DNA of 64,000 nucleotides from Phoronis australis. Taxonomy: Eukaryota > Animalia > Phoronida. Position numbers and translations under genes: made by a program. Every line of letters starts with the position of its first letter. Positions within the stretch are counted from its first letter, which is position 1. Below, in pieces: positions 14,797 to 29,800 of the stretch. Under the pieces are notes generated by a model. It was given only the letters and a program-made list of their open reading frames with translations. It did no database searches and was not told the origin of the DNA. The DNA is taken from the NCBI GenBank assembly GCA_002633005.1, contig NMRA01000313.1, positions 396,991 through 460,990 of the forward strand. Reading direction: 5' to 3'.

Positions 14797-16483
14797 TGTC
14801 CGAGTTGAGCAAAAATCAAACGAATGCAAGTTACACAATGAATACAATGCAACGCAGTGTTTTTGTTCCGACTATTTACATCAGCATTCCAAACATAAAC
14901 CTCAGCATCTTGCGAGGCAAGTCTAGACTTGAACACCACAATATATTGTAATGTTAGTTGAACCATTTCCAGTGTATGAAACATACCCAATATTTATTGT
15001 AAAAAGAAGAATGTGAACACTGTCTGGTAAATCTAGAACAAAAGCATGCGTATAAATTAAAAATCAAATATGCAATTTACAAAGTAAAGCAACAAATTAT
15101 TTAATAAGCAATAATGAAACATGACTTGTGTATTATTATTTTATTAAAAGCATATTTGGCTACAATTTATCACATATTAAACAAAAAAACTGTTCAATGT
15201 ACTTGCAAGTACCCAGAGAGCACCACCTTGTGACTATACTGTCTAATCAAAGCTAGCAGCATAACAGGATCATAGTTAGGTTCAAAGGTGAATGGCTCAA
15301 CTAATGGCTGACTGTCAGCGTTCACTTCCATCTGGGTTCTAGTCCCAGCTGAAAACAGCCGTGGTAACCCACAACTTATAGTTGACGACAAATTTTCCCA
15401 ACAAAATGAATGAAACAAAAAAATACACCATGAACATTCCAAAATCGCGATGACCCACACACCATTTTTGGTCAGACTGTGAATGAGTTATCGAGTCTCC
15501 ACATGATACCGCTACAATATCATACATATAGCTTCACAATATAACCATATCAATGTCCTGACATTCACTACCAATATGGTCTTCCATATATACACAAATG
15601 TACAACCATTCTGTTACCTTCTACTCACGCGACCATTTCCCATTTACAATTGCCCAGCAGTGGCTATAAGTTCAATACAGCATTACACACTTTGAACACT
15701 GCGTACTGCTGAGGCTTGTAGACTACAACACCCTTAGTGTTCTGAACAAGGCATTCAAGTTATTACTTGGAATAACTTGCAAAAACAAAGGCATCCTTGG
15801 TCAATTGTATGACCAGGGGCTCTGTAATTGAACTGCAGCTTATTATTGACATCTTCCATAATGATTGCATGTCCATTATTTTACCCTCAAGTACATTATG
15901 GAGTATGCAAATGAGTGGCAATTCCAAGTTGGCTCTTGAAGACCTCTAGATTTGCACTACAAACTCGAGTAAAAACGAGATTTCGAAAAAACTCAAGATT
16001 TCGAATTCACACTCGAACTTGTAGCTTTAATGCTGGGGTCACAACGTACAAACTAGGATTAGACAGCTATCCATCTAAACCATAATGTACTCTAGTAAAG
16101 AATAATAGACAATTATTCCGAGTTTCCACAAAAGTAAAATGAAAAAGGTGAAAAATATTTTAGAGTTCGATTTTGAGTGCATAGACTAGACCACACACAG
16201 GCTTAGGTATCATAAGCAAGAACCTGTAACCATAGGCGGGTTTAGGGGTCGCACAGGCCCCCTCTATCTACAACCAAAAATACCCTTTAAGGGGTAGTAT
16301 GAACACCTTTACCCCAAAATGCATGGTTGCCCCCCTTAGCAACTACCTACATTCCCTAGTGTGCAACAATATAAAAATAATTGCTGGCAGTCTGGTACAC
16401 GTTGTACCAGACGTGCTCAGGTGGGCCCATTGGACTGATCGTCTGAAGCCATTTTTATTCTTTATTAATATAAAGTCAAAACT

Positions 16484-16603
16484 GAGTTGAGGATTGAGCT
16501 AGAGACCGAACTCAAGGGTCTAGCACTGTGCCCCAGTGGGACTCGAACCCATGGCCTTGAGGAAAGGAAGCGTACACCTATGACATTTAGACAACACTGC
16601 CTC
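16484..16603 (-). mobile_element. tRNA-derived SINE copy 1
   Basis: Minus strand has a tRNA-like head with B box GGTTCGAGTCCCACTGGGGCAC; homologous to 34440-34557. Confidence 0.7.
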
Positions 16604-17867
16604 ATTATGCAGTTCGGGTTAACACAGCAAACAACATTATTGTTGATTTGTAGCAATGAGTCACTGTTTCCCTGCTAAGCTATTCTTTTGAATATGTCTA
16701 CTCAGGCTTCTCCACATGGGCGGAGCCATGTTAGACCGTGAAGGGGCTAATGGCGAATGGCTATCAAAGCAATTGTCTCTTGATGTCGAGGATTTTAGGT
16801 CGAAAGTTTCTAGATTTTTTTCCCAATTCAAAGCTTGTTCTCTGCATTTTAGAAAATCTTTTTGTCGAAATAAGTCATTACAAGAATGAGTGAAGTTTGC
16901 ATAGTGAGAAAAGGTTTCACTTTAATCCAAATTTTTGCCAATCATCTGAACTTACTTAACAGTGCAATCAAACCCACAACACAAAAAGCTTGTTTCTTAT
17001 CAGTTAAAGCAGCCCATGGCTTTATTCACACTCCCCCCCCCCCTTTCTACAAAAGTGTTCTGCGTGATTTTCAATCTTTGCCCTCCTCTACCAGGCAAAA
17101 TTGACTTCACAACTTGGGATGACACTGGGACTAGTGCATTACTAGAGAAGGGGTTGTCAGTTATTATACCTCTAGAAACTTGGAATTCATTAAACGTTTT
17201 TGCAACAGCATCGGTCAATTGGATATAAAACAAATCATTCAACATTTTGAGGAATTTGACTGCCTTTGATTTGTTAAATCAATAATTTCCTATACTGTCC
17301 TCACATTTTACAAGGCAAGACTAAACCCAAGGGGTGTTATCTTGATTGCTTTTGTTACAGTTGGTATCAATTCCTGCGGTAAATACTGAGCAATCACCCC
17401 TACACTTGAAATGAGCTAGCCTATATGCTGATGGTCAAGAAATATTGAATGGGGAAGTGTTTCAGTATTACTTACCAGTAATTAAATTTGAAAGGGACTT
17501 ACACTATCTGATTGATGCGGACACCAAAAGCAGCTTTTGTAAAAAATAATGAAAGGAGTGCGGGTAAACATTTCCTGGCTTAACAAATTAAAAGAGACCG
17601 TAAAAGGGGGTGGGAGAATTTAAAGAGGGCGCAGCGCCCCGTTATTACAGACCATGGAGACCCTTGATAGTCCTTGTACAGTTTTGACTAGAAGTTATGG
17701 TAAAGAATCTACCACTTCAGTACGGTAATAATAATAATAATTATAATAATAATAATGATGATAACAGAAACAACAATGGCGTTGTCTTTACTGTTAAAAT
17801 ACCCCACTTGGCTGAATCCAACGGTAGCCACTGTCGGTCACACCAACAACTCCTTTAGCTGTGGTCT

Positions 17868-20800
17868 TCAGTCGATTTTGATGGCAGCATAGATCTTCCG
17901 GATGAACATAAATGTGGCGAAGAAGCCGACAGTGGCGGTTAGTAACCAGAAAGTGAACACCATGACGGCGGTGTAGGTGAAGTAGAGTAACGTGGGAATG
18001 AAGCCAGAGATATTTAGCTGGAAGAAAATTTGAAAAACAGCATGACCAAACAACAGGAACAAATGAATCGGACAATTCGTGAATAAACTAGTGTTCAAAA
18101 TAATTCATTTAGGACTAGTTTTCCAAAAGCGATGACGCAACGAAATTTCTTCTTCGATGCTGAAAATATGCATCATTTCAAGGTAGAATTTTTGGCTTAT
18201 TTTCAAACGATTTGACATTACTTTTCATCTGGTTTCTTTCCGAGTTTTCGCCCCTATGACGCCACACAAATTTCCATGAACTTTGTTGATTTTTTAATAC
18301 TAACTACCGAGTTGCAAGTGCCATGAACTAACTGTCATCGTACCATAACAGAGATATTTCACCGTTTCTTAGCATAGATGAATCGAGGGAAACAACTTTC
18401 TAATAGAAATACACACAACATGTTTCATGAAAAGTGACTGAAGACTTACTCTCATTTCACAACTGCTGAATAAACATTGAGCCAAGTAATTATGAGTGCA
18501 TCACAGTCTAGAAATAATTTGTGGACATTATCTCAGTAACTAACACTTATGCGTATATACTCAGGGACTTTGCACACGGCGTACTAAAAATACTTCAACT
18601 AGGGACAAAACTAATGGCAGAATTTGATATCTTTCAATTAACACTTTGTGAAAAATGCTTAGAATGGCCACTCGGTATTCACCAAGTAGTGGTAATGAAG
18701 ACAGGTGTCCCTTCCTCATATATGAATAGACTGAGAGTAGAAAGCACTTCACCAGGGACAAGAGGCCAACGTGATTACCCGATTGCAGACATTTCTATGG
18801 GTGGCTCCCTTGCTGCATTGGCGCCAAAAAGCGAATTGTAAGTTCCCTATTGCACTAAATTTTGTTAGACGACAGGTCTAACTAGGGTCTAACTAGAGAA
18901 GCAAGATCTCCCAAGACTTTGCAACATCATGCGAGTAGAGAGCGAGTGTTTCACTAGCATACTTGGGAGCATACCAGTGTGCCGTAGCCAAAACGGCAGC
19001 CACTGAAGTGATTGGTCACTGTTGAATTATGGGATTAAAATAATAAAGTTGAGGTTGAATTTACTCGTTTCCGTTCCATAAGCGAAGTTTTCTTGCCACA
19101 AGCGTATACTTGTGCATACACTAGTGCACACACTAGTGCATACACTAGTTAATACACTAGTGCATTGCCCTCTACTGATCTCTAACAAGGTGCACTGTTA
19201 TAACAATGTTACCAATGAAGTAGGTTTTGCTGCGTGATTATTTTTGTTGAGAAATTTGCTAGACAGAAGTACCACTTTTCCACTATATTTTGTGCCAGAC
19301 TGAAGGATTCATCAAGTTTGTATTTTGGAGTATTCCCCACCAGGAAAGCTAACAGTAAATTTACCAAAGTCCAGCTTAAGGGGTTATACTCAAAGTGAAA
19401 TACGACGGCGCATTGGGTAATAAAAAATAACCACCTAAACAAGTCGGGGTTGAGAAGTACCAGTTAATCGTTACAGCTGTGCGCACCCCACCCCCCCACG
19501 CGCCACCCCAACTCACCTTTGAAACAAAATAAAATATGGAATAACCTAGGACGTAGAACGCCGAGCCACCTGAGGAGATGAATGACCTCCACCACCAGTG
19601 ATAGTTCTGCAAGAGAATGTTGTGAAAGTGTGTGTGACAATTCCAGTTGCCATAGTGATATCACAAGCAAAAGTAAGCACAACCATGTTATTGATATTAA
19701 TGAAGGACCTCATCCACTAGTCTGTGTATTCAGTCAAATATCTCAAAAAATCATGGGAGATAACTCTTGACTATATGTATTTTCTGATAGTAGAATGTCT
19801 GACATTTAGATTTATAGCAATGGGTCCTGTGACATGACTTTTGACTACATAACTTATTAGATGAAAAGTAAGTTATAGTGACAGCAAAACGATGGTATCG
19901 GAAACATAACTAATTTGAATTTCATTTGACATGAATGTTCCAGGGGAAATCTCAAAAAATTCTGCAGCACTTTTCCATAAGACTTTTGAGTTTTTCATGA
20001 AAATCGTATTTTGATAGCCAAAGGTGGCACATTTTAGACACAACCCCTTAAAGCGTCTTGCAGAACAGTGCATCAGGCATAGCATGAGAATGATTCATAA
20101 AAATCTGATCAGCCATTTCTGAGATATGATGCTCTGAAGCTATCCAAATTTAGACATTCTTCCAGGGTCCTATATAACATTGAAGTTATGTATGGCAGAG
20201 CTTTATCGGGTGAAAAATGGTCAAGTTCAAACTGTGGTCGTTTACTGAACCGAACATTACACGTATGAGCTACATTCCGACCACAGTATAACCATAGAAA
20301 ACCAAAAGTGTTAGCTAGCCTTGTCTCAGGACTCGATGTTTTGTGACCAAATCCCTGCACTCCACCTAGCCATTGTGTCAAATGGGACGCCCACATTACC
20401 AAAGCAGTGCTCATCAGTTTAACGTCATACTGCCTTATACCGAATGCCATGCATGACAATGTGCTTGATCGACTGTGACCACTGTGACTTTGACAGGATA
20501 TCATGTCAGACAAAATGTTCAGCTAGTTGTGACTGTATTGACTTTGATGCAGCATCACACTTACAATCTTAGCCTGACTAACTCTACTAATTGTAACATG
20601 AGGACTAAAAAACACGTGTATGAAATCCTAAAAAAATTCCGAATTTGGCGACCTTGGGAACATCACATATCATAGAAATGATCCGATTCAAATAAAACAT
20701 TCAGATACTGTGTTTTAATATGCACTGCTCTCCAAAATGGAGCTAGGAATTGTTTTTTACATGCTTCACTTCAGCAGAGACACTTTCAAAAATAGGAATT

Positions 20801-23800
20801 TACAAAAAAATATCAGCACAGGAACAAAATCGTGATGATTTAGAAAAGTGTAACAGTATTTTGGAGCCTTCGTCTTGAACATATGTATATATCGAAAGGT
20901 ATCTGGTCAAAAAGTTGACGATTTGCATTGAAATTCGTCAGGCTTTGTAGAAAAACAGAAGGAAATCGGACAAAAAATAACTTATACTAACTCATTTGAA
21001 AATTAGTCGGAAATTTTTGCTTCAAGATGATTTTCAGCAAGACAAAATATGGCCAACTTTTTTCTGAAAACAACTGCACAGAACGGAGTGTATCGACTTG
21101 TCATGTGGTTTATACTGCTATTAAATACTCATCATAAATTCAACAAAGCATCTTTAATCCACAACTTCGTATTCATCATTAACACAACCAGAGGCAATTA
21201 CATCTTGTAATCTAATAAAGATGTTAACCGCTCACCTAAAATTATAACATATTTTAATCAACACTTGCACGCATTATTAATTGCTGCCTGCCACTCTAAT
21301 GTGACTGACAGAGGCATATATCTTAACTCCGCCTACCTCCCTGCACAACTGAAGATATACAACCTTGTCACTCTAACGTAACTGACACTGACACGTGCCT
21401 AAACTCAGCCCACCTCACTGCACCGCTGAGAATATACAACGTTGTCATACTAACGTGACTGACGACAGGTGCGTTAACTCCACCTACCTCACTGCACTGC
21501 TGAAGATATACAACCTTGTCACTCGAACGTAACTGACACTGACCCGTGCCTAAATTAACCCCCACCTCACTGCACCGCTGAGGATATACAACCTTGTCAC
21601 TCAAACGTGTCTTAACTCCACCTACCTCACTGCACAGCTGTACATATGTGGTCACAATGGCTATCTGTGAGCAGGAGATTACAAGAATGACGAAGACTAA
21701 GAAGAGGAAACCAAACATGTAATAGAACTGGTTCTCCCAGATGGCTGAGAAGATGAAGAACAGCTCGATGAACATGGCGCCAAACGGCAACAGCCCCGAC
21801 ATGAATGATCTGAAAGGCACATTAGACGGAATACAATTAATTAGCAATGATGCACTGCTGATTTTTTTGTCAACGACAAAATATGACAGACAGGACCCAA
21901 ATGTTTTCGGATAAAGAGAATTTTTTTCGACAAACGTTATTCCAACACTACACTGATACACTTGGTAAACTCACTTAGTGTCTAGAAAAAAATGTACTTA
22001 ATATCTACTTCACTCTACCATTCAAAGGCTGGATTGAGTCAGTCAGTGAACAGGAACAATATTATCAATCGTTTGATTAGTGGAGACACTGTGTATGCTG
22101 TACAATAGACAACGGGACACGTTTACACCTTCGAATACTTACAGAATCAATATATTGGAATACCACTCTTGTTCAGGAACCTGTCTGGGGATTTGATTGG
22201 TTCGAACAGGCTGACTGAAAGGCTGCAAAGCAAAAAACAGCAGTCAACTCACCATTGAATAGTCTACTTCAATAGATATCACAAGATGGTAACTACAGCA
22301 GTTTTCAAGAAAGATGACAAATACTTTCTCCCATGAAAAATCAACAAAAATTCAAAGCTAAATATTTCGGTCAATTTTTCAAAGATTCTAGACAAATTTT
22401 CCGCTGATTTCTTTCATGATTTTTTAACTAACTAAACCGGCCTCCACAAAATTTGTCAAAATTATTTAAAACCATCGACTGCGCCATTCTTACTTTTGAC
22501 AGAAAAGTACTTGCATTGCACTTAATCACCTTAGGGCTGTCCCAGCAAGAAGTGTATGGGGAAAAAGCACTTTCATTTTCTACCCACCATCCAAATTTTT
22601 CATTCATTTCTTCAACCCATGACCCATAATTTTTAATTAGGTTAAAATATAAAATGTAACACTTGTAAACAAATTGCCTCCAGGATGACCTGTTAAGTAC
22701 TTACTAGATGATCGACGGACAAGAACTAGCCCTCATGTCCAATATTGTCAAAAACTAAAGCAGCTAAGAGGGTTGTTTAATCAAAATGAAAATGGACTTC
22801 TGCAAAACCATCCATCCCCGCCATATATTTTTTGCCAAATTTTGTCCGGTTGTGCCTAGCACTTTTTGAGATAATGAACCTGTCTTGTCAAAACTTAAAA
22901 TGGCCTACAAGGGGGTGCTACAGTAGCCAAATCTGTCCAAAAATCGACTGGTGCCAGCTCATACAAGCCATCCATCTCTATGCCAAATGTGATCATGAGC
23001 CATTAAGTGATTTCAAAGTAATCGGCGGTGCTGGCGCATCCATGCCGATTACCTCTATACCAAATTTGATGACCATCTGCCAAGCAGTTCTTGAGATAAT
23101 TGACGGATAAGAAATGACAATGACAGACCGACTGACTGATGGCCAGACGAAGGGATGGATGGGATGCCGACTATATTCGACTACAAAAGTTTTTCGGCGT
23201 GCACAAAAATTACATGTGAGATCACAACTCATGTCAGTTACCAGAAACTTGCTTTTCAGAGACACCTCTCAGCAATATTTTAGACAGCCACCAGGTGTCT
23301 CTGTCCACCATGTGACTCTGTAACTTCAATAAGATTCTTTCAGTTTCAAGAATCTACTAATTTCAAAATGTTTCCATGAACGCTTTTAAGCTGCTATGCC
23401 AAGTGAATATTGGAACTTGTCTGTCAGACTCCTCATACTTTCTATTTAAAAATAAATCAATTTTCTTAGATGTGTCAACACCAGTTTAGTGTTGCAGTAA
23501 TTTTCATTCTAATATGACTGTACAACATGAGCCTATAACCAAGTTGCCATGACTTGAGTAATGGCTTAGTGTTCATATTGCACTCCGTACACTAGCAACA
23601 TGGGCTTATTTTGTTGTTTTTTGAGTATTTATGGGTAAATTTTTTTCAGAGGGTATTTAAGTCAGTGCTTGGCTTCAAAAAAACCCACCTGTCAACATTT
23701 ACAGAACAAAACATACCACCCATTTTTGATGATAAACTTCTTTCAAGAAGGACCACCCACAATTTGAATTTTCTTCAAAAGACAACCACCCATAAATTTC

Positions 23801-26800
23801 TATATCAACTGCCGTTCCAAACTGCCATACGGATTTTGCTGGAACAGCTCTTACTGAACATAACAACCATACGTATCTAGCTCATGTTCCAAATCCAAAA
23901 AAGGAAAACGACAATATCGACACGTAACCAGGACTAGTCCGGTGTCCAGCCGCAAGACTTACTGCTTTCCTGAAGCCAAAGAAGTAACCGAGGAGGACGA
24001 GAGGTAGAGATATGCCCAGCCAGGTGCACAGGATAGCCAACATTGTGGTGAAAGGTAGCTGCAAGCAAAGTGTTTAGCTCACAGTAACAATAACAGTAAC
24101 AATAACACCGATCATCATTTTCTGTACATCTTGTTCAACACGCATACAGTACAAGATAAATGTAATCAGACTGACTGGCATTTACCTGCCATGCCAACTA
24201 ATTCAGCAAACAGTAAAAATTACTGGTGATAATTACTGGGGTGGCAAAATTCTAAATACAGTGTGGCTTAGCCACGTCACTAACTTTACTATTAATTCCC
24301 CTTTTATCAGGGGAGACTACTCTTGATAATAACTTTGCCGTCCACCCAGATGGCATGACAGGCATTTCCAGGTCATTTAGACTGAATACCTTTGGCTAGT
24401 ACTGTACAATACAGGCTTTAATGTTGCTTTGAAAGAATTGCTAAAAGCACTTTTTGACAATGGAAGAAGAGCATTCAAGAACTTTCGCTACAGTGAATCT
24501 AGATCAAAACACATTTCGAGACAGGCTATAACAGCCAACATCTAAAATGCGCTCAACTTCAGTGAGCCTAGGACTTGGGAGACGACACACAATAATGTCA
24601 CATTTCACTCACCGCTCCTGATGACTGCTTGCCCCAGAGAAAAAAGTTGAGAAAGAAGAAGGCCCCAAACACAAACGTAGGATAGATGATAGCCGTCTGT
24701 AGTGCAGCACTTTTCCACTGTGTGCCCTTCATGGTCTTGTACAGCCGACCCGACACGTAACCCGCGATCAACCTATCAATCACAGCCATGCAATTAGGCA
24801 AGCTATAATCACCACATACACGGTACATACATTAAAGATGCAATGACCAAAATTTTCCCAACTTCTGAAAGCCTCACAACTCTGATCAAGGTATCTTTAA
24901 TATTAAATCTACAACGATTGTTGTTCAAAATATTTACCTTAATAGCATATTCACACTTAACAACAATTACAAACAATTAATGTCCAATTTGAAGAGTTTC
25001 ATCACAAAATGAGACATCAACCAATTTCAATATTTAGAAACACTGTCCTACACATTATCAATCTGCAGGGACACTCAGTTCTTAGATCATTTTTCAGCAA
25101 AACCCAATATATACCACACACAGGTATGCCCCAAAGCACGCTATCTCTTTCCAAAATTCGATACACGCCAGTCACATTCAAATTCCAAATTTGACGACAA
25201 CCTCATTTTGCAATGAAACTCTTCACTAAACTGATGCCATTAAGCATCAACCAGGTCGTTGTATACACTCCCAAGGACCCTGGTGGTGACAGAATAATAA
25301 ACAAGAATACTGTTTGCTTTTACAAGTCTGGACAATAAAAGATAAGCCACTCACCCCATGAAAGCATATGCAAAGATTGCGGCTGTCATCAGACTTCCTC
25401 TGGCAGATGGTGACAACATTCCCAGCACAGCAAACACTATTGAAACATCGAAAACAATAGCACGTGTATTACATACATGGATAATTGTGGGACACTGCAA
25501 GACCCTAGATGTGCTCTTGTGATAGCGGATGAGAGAGAACTGTGGAAGTGTGCCTCTCAAATGGAGAACACATACTAAAGGAGCACATGGTAAAATTTCG
25601 ACTTTGGTAATTTCCAGCCTGACAGCATAAAATAAACTAATCGTCTTACGATGAACTAAAAATCTGTCATTGAAATCACCGGTCCTTAAAAACTCTTCAG
25701 TCAGACTCTACCGACAATCACTGTAATCTGAAATATTAACCAGTTTTGAGAGTCCACAACGTGCTCACTTGTCACTCTGGCTGGGAGCAGTGCGTGTAAC
25801 ATTAAGATCATGTAACGTCTTATCTACCAGACTGAGTCTGTATATTTTGGTAAATAGGTTGCTGGACAGTAAAAGTATAACTTTCAGTAAGCAGAAATCC
25901 TGCACAACTTGATTATTGACTTTATACCAATAACAATCTGCCACGCGTTTTTTTTAGTTTAATTTATCAAACAGAAAGGTACATTATAGCAAATCAATGA
26001 TATTAATAACGGGACCAAATTTCATTCAATATAAATGCTCAAGGTGAAATCTCAAAAAACAGAGATTTTATATAAAAACGATAGCCTTCATGCAAAAGAG
26101 GAATATTTTAAAGAAATTCTAGAGGGCATTTTGCAGAACAGTGCATAGCATCTGAAAATTCATTTTAATCCGAGCCATTTCTGAGATAGGACGTTTCAAA
26201 TTTAGCCAAATTTGGAATTTTCCTAGCATTCTACATAGCCTCAATACGATCCGCTTAATTTTATCCTTGTTGCTGCTTTCATACACAACAATGTTTCGAA
26301 GTTCGTCAAATCTGGACTTTCTTCTTGATTTCTACATAAACTTAAAACAACTTAATTGAGCCGCTTACCAATAAGAATAGACGTCATCATAAAGATCTGA
26401 ATTCCTGCGCCCACAAACGCAGCTAGTAAGCGTGTGTACTTAGGAGGGCGGAACACATCGCCGTGCACCAACTTCCACCCTGTCTCCTCCATGGCTTCAT
26501 CCTGCGACACAACAAAAGACAGTGAGCGATTGCCCAATACGGGTGCCTCAAAACTCAATAGGTGGCGCTAGTGAGACAACGGTGTTAGCCTTTATGCATT
26601 AGTAACATTTAGTGCATAACGAGCAGCTCATCAACATTCTTAAGAGCATACATTAGGTGGAAGATGGTGGTTAGCAACCAGCGTACGCTTTTATACCTTT
26701 CGAAAAATGTCAGCGAAAATTATCCACAGGGAAACGATGATTAATGTTTTCGGAAGTAAGGTAATGATTCACTCCTTACCAAAATTGTCATTATTTCTAT

Positions 26801-29800
26801 TTTTCATTTCACAAAGGCTGACAACTTCGCCACAAAGTACGGGGAATTTACTAAAAGCTGTTTTATGACATCTACACAGTATACACCATGTTGGTAATAG
26901 ACAGCAATGCGTTACGTGAAATTTTAACTCCTGCGTTATTTATTAGTTAGCTTGTACATTCAGTGAGATTTTTACCGGCTGAAACCTGTGAGTTAACGAT
27001 ACTATTAAGATTTTCATTGCAATTTAAAGCAAGGCCAAGTGTTGATTGTTCTTATTTAATTTCGTCTAGTGATACAAACTGAATCATGAAATGAGCCAAG
27101 TAAACAATTGTTGTTTTCTGTATTTTCACTTATCCGTGGTTGGGATGGACAGAGAAGTGTTATTTTGACCTGAACAAACCACTTCATTCTAACTCCATCT
27201 TACTGCAATGCTGGCCATTTTTGATTGACAAAAGCAGTGCTCTACATAGCTTCAATACATTGTGGTCAGAGCACCCACTCTTCGAAACACTTGCCCCCAC
27301 CAGAGAATTTAATATTCATCAGCATTCTCAATGTGTCTTTGTGTGAAGAACAACTTTAAGCACCAACACTAAGTTTGCAAAGATATGGCGAGGAGTACAA
27401 ATACATTGAACAAAGAACATTCACTGCACGTCTTAAATCATCTCGCAGCAAAATAAACCAAGAAAATGAAGACACAAGAGACATTAGTATAAATATTGTT
27501 AAAATTCAGGATTAAGCTTTTAACGTTTCTTATCCACAATTTAACACAATCTTACAAGCTATAACAAAGCCTTTGAAAGAAGCACATAACTATACCATTT
27601 CCTCATCTTTATTGTAGCGGGCAATATCTCGGCGCAGTGTTCGGATTATGATCATTGCCAGAATAGCTGCAAAATGATTCAATTTGTCAGAAACAATGAC
27701 ATAACAGTAACTAATTGCTTCAGCCGACTATTTAATAAATACTAGAGGTTGCCATAAAGACATCTAGAGCATAAAGCCCCAATGCACCCCCTTAAGCAAG
27801 TTTGGATGCATAAAACACTTACTACTTCATTTGGCCATCTACATACAAACAATTGTCAACTAGAGCCTTACTCATATTAGAACAGATTTCTGGACTTTAG
27901 AAGAAATGGAAGATCATCGTTACTGAAGACTGGACTAATTAGCTTGCACAATACAATACACACAACTTTCCTGACATGACGGCAAATTTTTTTCCACAAC
28001 AAGAAGCAAAATGCAACACTTGCCATTTCCCTGCCACGGCAAGAAATTCCTAAAGTTACAGCAAAACTGACGGATAACAACTAATCACTTTGGTAAAATC
28101 CTCATCACAGAATAGTGCTTTAACCTCGTGACTTTTCACATAATTATATTCCCCGTCATTCCCGATCAGGACGGGCAGTTAGTGCGAGTGGTTTTGGCTT
28201 GGACTCGGTCACCATGTCACGTAAATCTGGGTCATTTTGTTTGACTAAATTTGGCAAGTACTGTTTAACAGTATCAGGAGTTGACTGACACTGATTTTAG
28301 TTGTGTAGGTTTTAGTTTGCCGGTCTATTCGTTTACTAGCAGATAACACTAGATTTACAAGTTCTATGAGAACAGGCTGGTGATGATGCAATTTATTCAC
28401 AATAGAATATTATAGAACGTTTTAGTAGATTCCAGTCTAGAACCTAGTATATCTTTATAGAAGTATTGAGTAGATTCCGAAAAGTTCTAGAATGTACTTG
28501 AATTGGTGAAAAGTTCCAGAACATTGCAAGAGACTATGAATACTGTGGCACCGGTTAGTTGAATCAGTTAAAGAGTTAAAGCTACCGAGGTATAAAGTTA
28601 CACTTACAGTTGAGTAGCAATAACAGAACCATCATTGACAGCGTTAGTCAGTAGAGTCAGCTATACAGACAACAAGTTAAAGAAACAACAAAGTGAATTG
28701 GGAGTTAATAAGCGGTCAAGGCTCCGCAGCACTGGAAGACACTACATCGGAGTAGACCTGTGAACATACGATCGAGATTAACTCGAACCAATTTAAGTCC
28801 ATCATCACACCGAAAGCAATTAGCACCGGTCAGTGACAAACTGAACCCGCCCATCTACAGGGTAAAATGTGACGATTGGGGCAGGGCCCTTTCATGATGA
28901 AGTACTAAATCGACACAAGTTTAGTTACATGCATTAATCACCTTACTAGACACACCTTCAGTCAGTGGCTGTTTGGTGAGCGTACTTACCAGCTAAAAAC
29001 AAAACAACAACAACAGAATTGATAATGGAGAACCAATGAATCTGGACGTCTGTCATTTTGAGGTACGTGTCCCAGCGCGATGCCCACTTGGTGTGGGACG
29101 AATGCCACGTCACTTGGTAGGTGAACTGGATTTTATTCTCACCTACAACAAAATCGATCAACACAGCTATGACTGCAGTGAACAACACAGCTATGACTGC
29201 AGTGAGCAACATAGCTATGACTGCAGTGAGCAACACAGCTATGACAGCAGTGAGCAACACAGCTATGACTGCAGTGAACAACAGCAGGCCAGCTTTTGAT
29301 GAAGAGCACGATGGGGATTACTTAACGTTACAACATTATCAACAAGTCTCTGCATTTCACCAAACCAAATATCTACAACACTATAGAATTTAACTCCATA
29401 GAAAGTATATATTCACTGAAAATACGAGGCCTGTAGAACTTGAGTCCAGTATTATACCAATAATGAATGCACTGCTTATTTCATAAGTTACTAAGCAAAA
29501 TAGCTTCAGTGTCTGAATTGAGCCATATTTGTTGGCAGTTCTTACCATCTATAATCTGTTGTGGTTTGGCAGTCTTGGAATCGTAGGAGCATTTCCCATC
29601 CTTGAACTTCATTGTGTCCACACTATAACTATTGATAACAAATGAACAGCTTAGATTTAACTAACTAGCCTGCTAAATAATCTAACCGTGATGTTGCTGA
29701 GGTTGCAAATGTCGCAACTCACATATTTTACAGATCAAGTACTTTTAAAATTCCTTCAGTGTCAAATTTCAAACCACAATAACATTAGCTCCAACAGAGC

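Noticed and set aside
16484-16603. tRNA gene
   Set aside because: Only a B-box/T-arm-like segment; no complete cloverleaf; a diverged second copy shares non-tRNA flanking sequence, so it is a SINE.
29036-29393. Repetitive ORFs ([24 protein letters not shown]) resembling repeat or antifreeze proteins
   Set aside because: They are translations of an intronic 24-bp minisatellite; the real exon-9 acceptor (TTGTAG) is at 29143.
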